A DNA stretch of 11,863 nucleotides from Kofleriaceae bacterium (lineage in GTDB: Bacteria; Myxococcota_A; Polyangia; Haliangiales; Haliangiaceae). The translations under genes were made by a program, and so were the position numbers. The stretch lies in the NCBI GenBank assembly GCA_046597055.1, contig JBKJLC010000054.1, forward strand, positions 1 through 11,863, written 5' to 3'. Shown in pieces: positions 9,301-11,863 of the stretch (positions are counted from its first letter, which is position 1; each line of letters starts with the position of its first letter). The notes beneath the pieces are model-generated. The model did no database searches. It was not told the DNA's origin and saw only the letters and a list, made by a program, of their open reading frames with translations.

Positions 9301-10246
9301 CCTCGTTCGTGTTGTAGCTATCGTTGTTCGCGATCGGTGCCGCGCCCGAGGTGACCGTGAGCGCGAGGCTGCCGAAGTTGGAGTTGTAGTGATAGCTCGC
9401 GCCCGAGAAGTCGTAGATGATGCCGGTCAGGCTGAAGGTGCCGGCCCCGACCACCCGGACGGTGTAGGTGACCTGGACGTCGCCGCCGGCCTTGCCGCCG
9501 GCGAACTGGACCGGGCCGATGCAGGCGCGATAGGTGGGGCTGGTCGGCAGGTTGTCCCAGCCGCAGGCATCCGCGTAGACCTTGTCGTTGGTGGCGTTCG
9601 GTGGCGCGGTGTAGGTCGATGCGGTCGACAGCACCTGGAAGCCCGCGCTCGCGACGGTCAGGGCCGCCTCGAGCTGCTCGTAGCCGCCGGTCGCGGTCTT
9701 GGCGACCATCACGTACTGGACGACGTCGCCGATGCTCACGGAGGTGGGCCCGGTGATCGACACCGTCAGGTTGCGGTTCTGCGAGACCAGCGACTCGACG
9801 AAGATCTCGCGAGGCGTCGGCGAGGTCGCGGTCGTGAAGCCGGTGCCGGCCACCGTGACCACGTAGGACCGACGGGTGCCGTACGCCGCGCTGTTGCGGG
9901 TCACCCGGATGTTGAAGTAGGCGTCGACCGACGCGCCGGGGGCCAGCGATGCGAACGACACGACGCCGGGCCCGTCGAGGTTGATGAGGGCGTTGGCGGT
10001 GGTAAACGCGAAGCCCGCGGTCAGGCTGGTGGCCGCGGTGTCGCCGGTGTTGGTGATGCGCACGCCGACCGGGAACGTGTCCGGACCGACCGTGACGTTG
10101 TTGCTGTCGAGGCCCACGATGTTCCAGGTGATCGGCGCGACCGAGATCACCGCGAGCGACTGCTCGGTCTGGGCGAGCTGGGGCGGGTCACTCGCGCAGG
10201 CGGCGACCACGAGTGCAAGGGCGGCAATGCGCGTGAGCGTGCTCAT
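3338..10246 (-). CDS. Giant surface adhesin-like lipoprotein fused through an internal MYXO-CTERM-like tag to an OmpA-family (beta-barrel + TSP3 + OmpA_C) module; 2302 aa
   Basis: Start moved from 10363 to the ATG at 10246 (M40 of the track ORF). This gives the lipoprotein signal MSTLTRIAALALVVAAC-ASD (Cys17), has a G-rich RBS-like run upstream, and aligns with the paralog's start. Contains 12 Ig-like units, DxDxDG repeats, GGGC-TM-RRRRRR, and a C-terminal OmpA signature (GHTD..G....N..LS.RRA.AV..YL, GYGE..P, NRRV.F). Confidence 0.95.
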   Translation of the reverse strand: MSTLTRIAALALVVAACASDPPQLAQTEQSLAVISVAPITWNIVGLDSNNVTVGPDTFPVGVRITNTGDTAATSLTAGFAFTTANALINLDGPGVVSFASLAPGASVDAYFNIRVTRNSAAYGTRRSYVVTVAGTGFTTATSPTPREIFVESLVSQNRNLTVSITGPTSVSIGDVVQYVMVAKTATGGYEQLEAALTVASAGFQVLSTASTYTAPPNATNDKVYADACGWDNLPTSPTYRACIGPVQFAGGKAGGDVQVTYTVRVVGAGTFSLTGIIYDFSGASYHYNSNFGSLALTVTSGAAPIANNDSYNTNEDTALTVAAAGVLANDTDPSGGALTAVLATGPTNGALTLNSNGSFTYTPNANFSGTDTFTYRAQNATSLSTPATVTIVVAPVNDPPVNTVPGAQTTPEDTSRAITGVSIADVDAGGATMQVTLAATGGSITIGTGGLLFSTGDGTLDTTMTFTGTIASINTALASLSFAPTANVSGAASITITTSDQGNTGAGGARTDVDSIAITVTPVNDPPVANNDSATVAEDAAATPISVLTNDSIAPDTGETLTITSVTQPAGSAGTVVITGGGTGLTFQPAANTSGVVTFTYTVSDGNGGTATATVTVTVTPVNDPPTAVNDAATVAEDSGPTAVNVLGNDTAAPDAGETLTITTVTQPAGGAGTVVITGGGTGLTFQPAANASGLVTFTYTVSDGNGGTATATVTVTVTGSNDPPVALDDTGTLAEDAVATAIAVLANDSDADGDALTITAVTQPDNGTVVITGAGTGLTYQPAANASGLVTFTYTISDGNGGTATATVNVTVTPVNDPPVAVDDTATVAEDAGALPINVLGNDGDLDSASLTITAVTQPANGTVVITGGGTGLTFQPDADANGVIIFTYTISDGDGGTATATVTITVTPVNDPPVATDDTATVNEDAIATPIDVLGNDRDPDRDALTITAATQPANGTVVITGGGTGLTVEPAANASGPITFTYTISDGHGGTDTATVTVTVLAVNDPPVAVDDTATLPEDADATPLDVLGNDRDVEGGPLQITAVTQPVNGTVVISGGGTGLTFQPAANATGVVTFTYTIRDPEGGTATATVTITVTAVNDPPVAIDDAATVAEDAIATVIDVLGNDRDVDGDLLQVTAVVQPTDGTVTITGGGTGLAYQPPANFHGVVTFTYTISDGNGGTATATVTITVAEVNDPPVATDDAITVAEDAPATAIDVLATDSDVDGDALRITSVTQPASGTVVITGDGTGLTFEPAADVTGVVMFNYTISDGNGGTATASVTVTITPVNDPPVAIDDAIALAEDAAATALDVLGNDRDVDGGPLRITTVTQPASGTVVITGGGTGLTYLPPANFHGVVTFTYTVSDGNGGTATATVTVTVAPVNDTPIAMPDFAGVDPGASVVIDVRGNDLGLGDGPITTTATTPAHGTVVVNADGTITYTPTADYRGADTFEYTVTDVDGETSTTIVMVTVGLDSDEDGLTDSEELAIGTDPFDADSDDDGVLDGLEPMPGADSDGDGAIDALDPDSDNDGLKDGTELGVTTAHPDTDVSAGHFVPDADPTTTTDPLDPDTDGGGITDGTEDADHDGQVDEGEHDPNDPTDDAPIPDDADRDGVPDADDNCPTVANTEQVNVDRDPLGDACDPDADGDGFGDNVGVSGGGCSTGGDGGGLVALGLALSVLTRRRRRRHAAVVVALAAVVTAPSLAAAQVASEPRNFSVERFQLASDREGLLGVEWAEGRGGMAFDLAMWVGYANDPLVVYTEMAGDRERIGALVQNRTAAALAGSLAPTRWLTLGFHLPLVLAQDRTTTAGGAMNLESLSSFGVGDLQLSPKLTVLSQDRHGVGLAVIPAVSFPTKSSDSDYLGDAGVGFAPEVVASRSWTGWRLAINAGYHARKQARLLNLVVDDEVFARAGVGYRFADRGGPPVGIDLTITGAIAAAHPFETFNQDALEALAGANLRIGRTAILFAATGRGLREGYGTPDWRALAGLRLGSPDQPVNRVVAELDRDGDGRLDRRDRCPLEPEDADGFSDQDGCPDPDDDQDGVLDGADTCRAAPGLAELDGCPAQDTDGDTIADHVDTCPAVAEDVDSFEDTDGCPDLDNDQDGLVDADDTCPAQPGPSETRGCPDPDRDQDTVVDRLDACPDEPGPQAHSGCKTKQLVTLTGTSLEILESIYFALDKAVILPRSYKLLDNVATVLLAHGALRVEIQGHTDDQGNATHNKQLSQRRADAVRAYLMKKQVPADRLTAVGYGEDQPVAENTTKTGRAQNRRVVFKLLGEAGTTIENKQQGAGEDTKEK
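3410..3730 (-). other. OmpA/MotB-type C-terminal peptidoglycan-binding domain (within 3338-10246)
   Basis: IYFALDKAVI...VEIQGHTDDQGNATHNKQLSQRRADAVRAYL...AVGYGEDQPVAENTTKTGRAQNRRVVF matches the canonical OmpA_C motifs. Boundaries approximate. Confidence 0.93.
3770..4219 (-). repeat. Five thrombospondin type 3-like Ca-binding repeats (10 Cys)
   Basis: Five units of DxDxD[G/T]xxDxxDxC...GC[P/K] between the predicted barrel and the OmpA domain. Confidence 0.85.
4259..5113 (-). other. Predicted outer-membrane beta-barrel domain (~285 aa)
   Basis: Amphipathic alternating strands (FDLAMWVGYANDPL, WLTLGFHLP, GVGDLQLSPKLTVL, WRLAINAGYHAR, VFARAGVGYRF, GYGTPDWRALAGLRLG). The position before TSP3 + OmpA matches myxobacterial OmpA-family/TraB-like proteins. 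Fold is inferred, not computed. Confidence 0.72.
5114..5191 (-). other. Internal signal-peptide-like segment (RRRRRR-HAAVVVALAAVVTAPSLAAA|QV)
   Basis: Basic n-region, hydrophobic h-region, Pro at -6 and A-A-A at -3..-1 before Gln1712, the classical signal peptidase I pattern, but ~1690 aa into the ORF. Confidence 0.7.
5174..5263 (-). other. Internal MYXO-CTERM-like sorting motif (GGGCSTGGDGGGLVALGLALSVLTRRRRRR)
   Basis: GGGC signature (Cys1665, codon 5252-5254), Gly/Ser spacer, hydrophobic helix and Arg6 cluster (5174-5191), the tripartite layout of MYXO-CTERM tags. No stop codon follows. Confidence 0.8.
5276..5815 (-). repeat. Asp-rich DxDxDG Ca-binding (bacterial TSP3-like) region
   Basis: DSDEDGLTDSEE..GTDP, DSDDDGVLDG, DSDGDGAID, DSDNDGLKDG, DTDGGGITDG, DADHDG, DADRDGVPDADDNCP...GDACD, DADGDG. 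Confidence 0.85.
5820..9340 (-). repeat. Coding tandem array of 12 Ig-like (tandem-95/Big_9/cadherin-like) units
   Basis: Units begin [V/S]ND[P/T]P. Seven consecutive units have a 285-bp (95-aa) period, also visible in the 285/570-bp spacing of shadow-ORF stops at 6440, 7010, 7295, 7865 and 8150. Units 3-4 are slightly longer, unit 2 is a longer cadherin-like type, and units 1 and 12 are divergent. Confidence 0.92.
9350..10150 (-). other. Non-repetitive N-terminal beta-rich domain(s), putative ligand-binding tip (~267 aa)
   Basis: First half resembles CARDB/DUF11-like Ig folds (PVGVRITNTGDTAAT...SLAPGASVDAYF). Second half has two Cys (YADACGW...RACIG) and many aromatics. Absent from the paralog. 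Function is inferred. Confidence 0.55.
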
Positions 10247-10272
10247 CGATGGATCCCCCGTGACGGCTCGAC

Positions 10273-10296
10273 GCGCTTCCCCCACAGAAGTCCGCA
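10273..10296 (-). promoter_or_regulatory. Conserved upstream motif, copy 2 (minus strand TGCGGACTTCTGTGGGGGAAGCGC)
   Basis: 21/24 identical to 3137-3160; lies 26 nt upstream of the ATG at 10246; flanking DNA is not similarly conserved. Confidence 0.55.
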
Positions 10297-10657
10297 GTCG
10301 GCCGGATGTCGTGACGTGAAACGATAGCCGGGCGCGTGGGTGCGCCATGAGGGTCGGGGGCACGAATCGGGTGTCCTACCCGCGCGCGCCGCGCGCGCCC
10401 CCCTGAGCGGGGCGCGAGCCGATCTGGTTCTCGGCGGGGCTCGTCGCCGGCGCACGCTCAGCAACGCGCCGATCGCACCGGCAAGCTGCCGCGCGGTTTC
10501 GCGAGGCAGGTCGAGCCCGAGGCTCGAGTCGATCGAGGCAGACGCGATGCCGGGCCGTTCACCAGGGCACCCTACAAGATCGCCCGGGTAGCGCTGGGCG
10601 CGCTGGGGGATAGCGTCTTGTTCACTCCTGGCGGGCGAGGTCGCGCCCGGCACGTGG

Positions 10658-10981
10658 TCAGGCGCGCGCCGCGACCACCCCGGCCGGCGCGCGCGATGCG
10701 ACCAGCCCGCGGTGGACCAGGTAGGCCAGCGCGCTGATCGAGCCGAGGAACAGGAGCCCGAGCAGGTACGGCGTCGCCGGCAGCCCGCGCTGGCGAGCGT
10801 CGCGGACCATCCAGATGCTGAACAGGAAGCACGCGATCGCCACATCGAGGAGGAGCTGGAGCCCCCACGGCTCGCGCCCGGCCAGCCCGAGGAAGCCGAA
10901 GTAGCCCTGGTCGAGGGCCACCCACATCGAGAACGTGGTGAAGAGGATCAGGACGACGAGCGGGAGGGCGATGCGCTTCAT
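10658..10981 (-). CDS. Small integral membrane protein, DUF2834-like (107 aa)
   Basis: Start trimmed from 11368 to the ATG at 10981 (GGTGG upstream). MKRIALPLVVLILFTTFSMWVAL...WGLQLLLDVAIACFLFSIWMVRDARQRGLP..PYLLGLLFLGSISALAYL gives ~3-4 hydrophobic segments. The D..I...W...DAR..G pattern resembles DUF2834 from recall, not from a search. Confidence 0.8.
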   Translation of the reverse strand: MKRIALPLVVLILFTTFSMWVALDQGYFGFLGLAGREPWGLQLLLDVAIACFLFSIWMVRDARQRGLPATPYLLGLLFLGSISALAYLVHRGLVASRAPAGVVAARA

Positions 10982-11013
10982 GGCACCACCGTGCGCGTCC
11001 GTCGGCGGCCCCG

Positions 11014-11034
11014 CCATTACCTCCCAGGTAATGG
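11014..11034. promoter_or_regulatory. Perfect palindrome CCATTACCT-CCC-AGGTAATGG, probable operator of the adjacent XRE/MmyB-type regulator
   Basis: 9-3-9 inverted repeat centred in the 84-bp divergent intergenic region, 32 nt from one ATG and 31 nt from the other. Confidence 0.75.
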
Positions 11035-11065
11035 GCGCGCCGCGCCGACGCGATACCTTGGCGTC

Positions 11066-11860
11066 ATGCAATCTGCCGGGGTCGGTCTCCTGCTGCGGGC
11101 GTGGCGGGGTGCGCGCGGCGTGAGCCAGGAGGACCTGGCCGCCCGCGCCGGGGTCTCGACCCGTCATCTCAGCTTCATCGAGACCGGCCGCTCGCGCCCG
11201 GGCCGCGAGGTCCTGCTCGCGATCGCCGGCGCGCTCGACGTGCCGCTGCGCGATCGCAACCAGCTGCTGCTCGCCGCCGGGCTGGCCCCGGCCTACGGCG
11301 CGTCGGCGCTCGACGGCGACGAGCTGGCGATGGTCCGTCGCGCGCTCGATCACGTGCTGGCGCACCACGAGCCGTACCCGGCGATCGTGGTCGATCGGCT
11401 GTGGAACCTGGTGCGCATCAACGCCGGCGCCGCCCGGCTGTTCGCCGGCTTCGGCCCGCCATCACCCCCGGCCGACGTCGGTCAGAACCTGGTGCTCGCG
11501 CTGCTTCACCCCCAGGGGTGGAAGCCGGCGCTGGTCAACTGGGACGAGGTCGCCGGCGCGATGATCGAGCGGCTGCACCGCGAGGTCGCGGCCGCGCCCC
11601 GCGACCCGGGGCTGGCCGAGCTACGGACCCGCGCGCTGGCCATGCCCGGGGTGCCGGCGCACTGGCGCGCGTCGGCGCTCGGCCCGACCACGCCGTTCGC
11701 GAGCGTCCACCTGCGCCGCGATGGCCGCGAGCTGCGCCTGTTCACGATGATCACCACGCTCGGCACCCCGCTCGACGTCACCGCCGAGGAGCTACGGATC
11801 GAGAGCTACTTCCCGGCCGACGACGCCAGCGAGCGGCTGCTGCGCGAGGGTGTCTCGTGA
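11066..11860 (+). CDS. XRE-family helix-turn-helix transcriptional regulator with MmyB-like (MLTR) ligand-binding domain (264 aa)
   Basis: Start trimmed from 10712 to the ATG at 11066. N-terminal HTH: GLLLRAWRGARGVSQEDLAARAGVSTRHLSFIETGRSRP...LDVPLRDRNQLLLAAG. C-terminal motifs HEPYPAIVVDRLWN, NWDEVA and LFTMITTLGTPLDVTAEELRIESYFPAD are typical of this family. TGA at 11858-11860. Confidence 0.92.
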   Translation: MQSAGVGLLLRAWRGARGVSQEDLAARAGVSTRHLSFIETGRSRPGREVLLAIAGALDVPLRDRNQLLLAAGLAPAYGASALDGDELAMVRRALDHVLAHHEPYPAIVVDRLWNLVRINAGAARLFAGFGPPSPPADVGQNLVLALLHPQGWKPALVNWDEVAGAMIERLHREVAAAPRDPGLAELRTRALAMPGVPAHWRASALGPTTPFASVHLRRDGRELRLFTMITTLGTPLDVTAEELRIESYFPADDASERLLREGVS

Positions 11861-11863
11861 CGA

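Noticed and set aside
1..9340. Repeats as a CRISPR array, diversity-generating retroelement or mobile element
   Set aside because: Units are mostly 279-297 bp, in frame and protein-coding. There are no spacers, no cas, reverse transcriptase or transposase genes, and mismatches between the closest copies are not adenine-specific.
3338..10246. Assigning the gene symbols traA, traB or agmC
   Set aside because: Only architectural similarity is visible. The Cys-rich TraA repeats are absent and orthology cannot be shown without a search.
3495..10319. Many short plus-strand and off-frame minus-strand ORFs within the giant gene
   Set aside because: Low-complexity S/P/V/T- or R/P-rich translations fully overlapping a well-supported CDS.
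3317..10327. 2336-aa plus-strand ORF spanning the giant gene
   Set aside because: It is in exact codon register with the minus-strand gene. A stop would need a TTA, CTA or TCA sense codon, all rare in very GC-rich genes. The product is R/G/D/V-rich with no domain motifs, so it is an antisense shadow.
10247..10363. 39-codon N-terminal extension of the giant ORF given in the track
   Set aside because: It would bury the lipoprotein signal, and it contains the upstream motif shared with the paralog. The ATG at 10246 aligns with the paralog's start.
10394..10527. GC hairpins CGCGCCCC-N7-GGGGCGCG (10394-10416) and TCGAGCC-CGA-GGCTCGA (10511-10527) as terminators
   Set aside because: No U-tract on either strand, and such stems are expected by chance at this GC content.
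10243..11781. ORFs 10243-10845(-), 10340-10591(+), 10572-10925(-), 10935-11123(+), 11506-11781(-), and the long N-terminal extensions of the two right-end genes
   Set aside because: R/A/P-rich with no recognisable motifs, mostly overlapping better-supported genes or the operator region.

Overview
Very GC-rich DNA that looks myxobacterial (Myxococcota; inferred from a MYXO-CTERM-like motif, lipoprotein style and codon bias). Most of the window is two tandem, paralogous minus-strand genes for giant surface lipoproteins built from ~95-aa Ig/cadherin-like repeats. The complete gene (3338-10246, 2302 aa) reads in one frame as: lipoprotein signal, uncharacterised tip domain, 12 Ig-like units, Asp-rich Ca-binding repeats, an INTERNAL MYXO-CTERM-like sorting tag, a second signal peptide that borrows the tag's poly-Arg tail, then a beta-barrel/TSP3/OmpA module with the layout of TraB. 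This suggests a self-processing adhesin plus outer-membrane-partner polyprotein. The second gene (<1-3113) is missing from the ORF track because it runs off the edge. It has the same signal peptide and repeat order but lacks the tip domain. Both genes share a 24-nt upstream motif. At the right end is a divergent pair, a DUF2834-like membrane protein and an XRE/MmyB-type regulator, with a perfect 9-3-9 palindrome between them. The long plus-strand ORFs are antisense shadows. No RNA genes, mobile elements or CRISPR arrays were seen.
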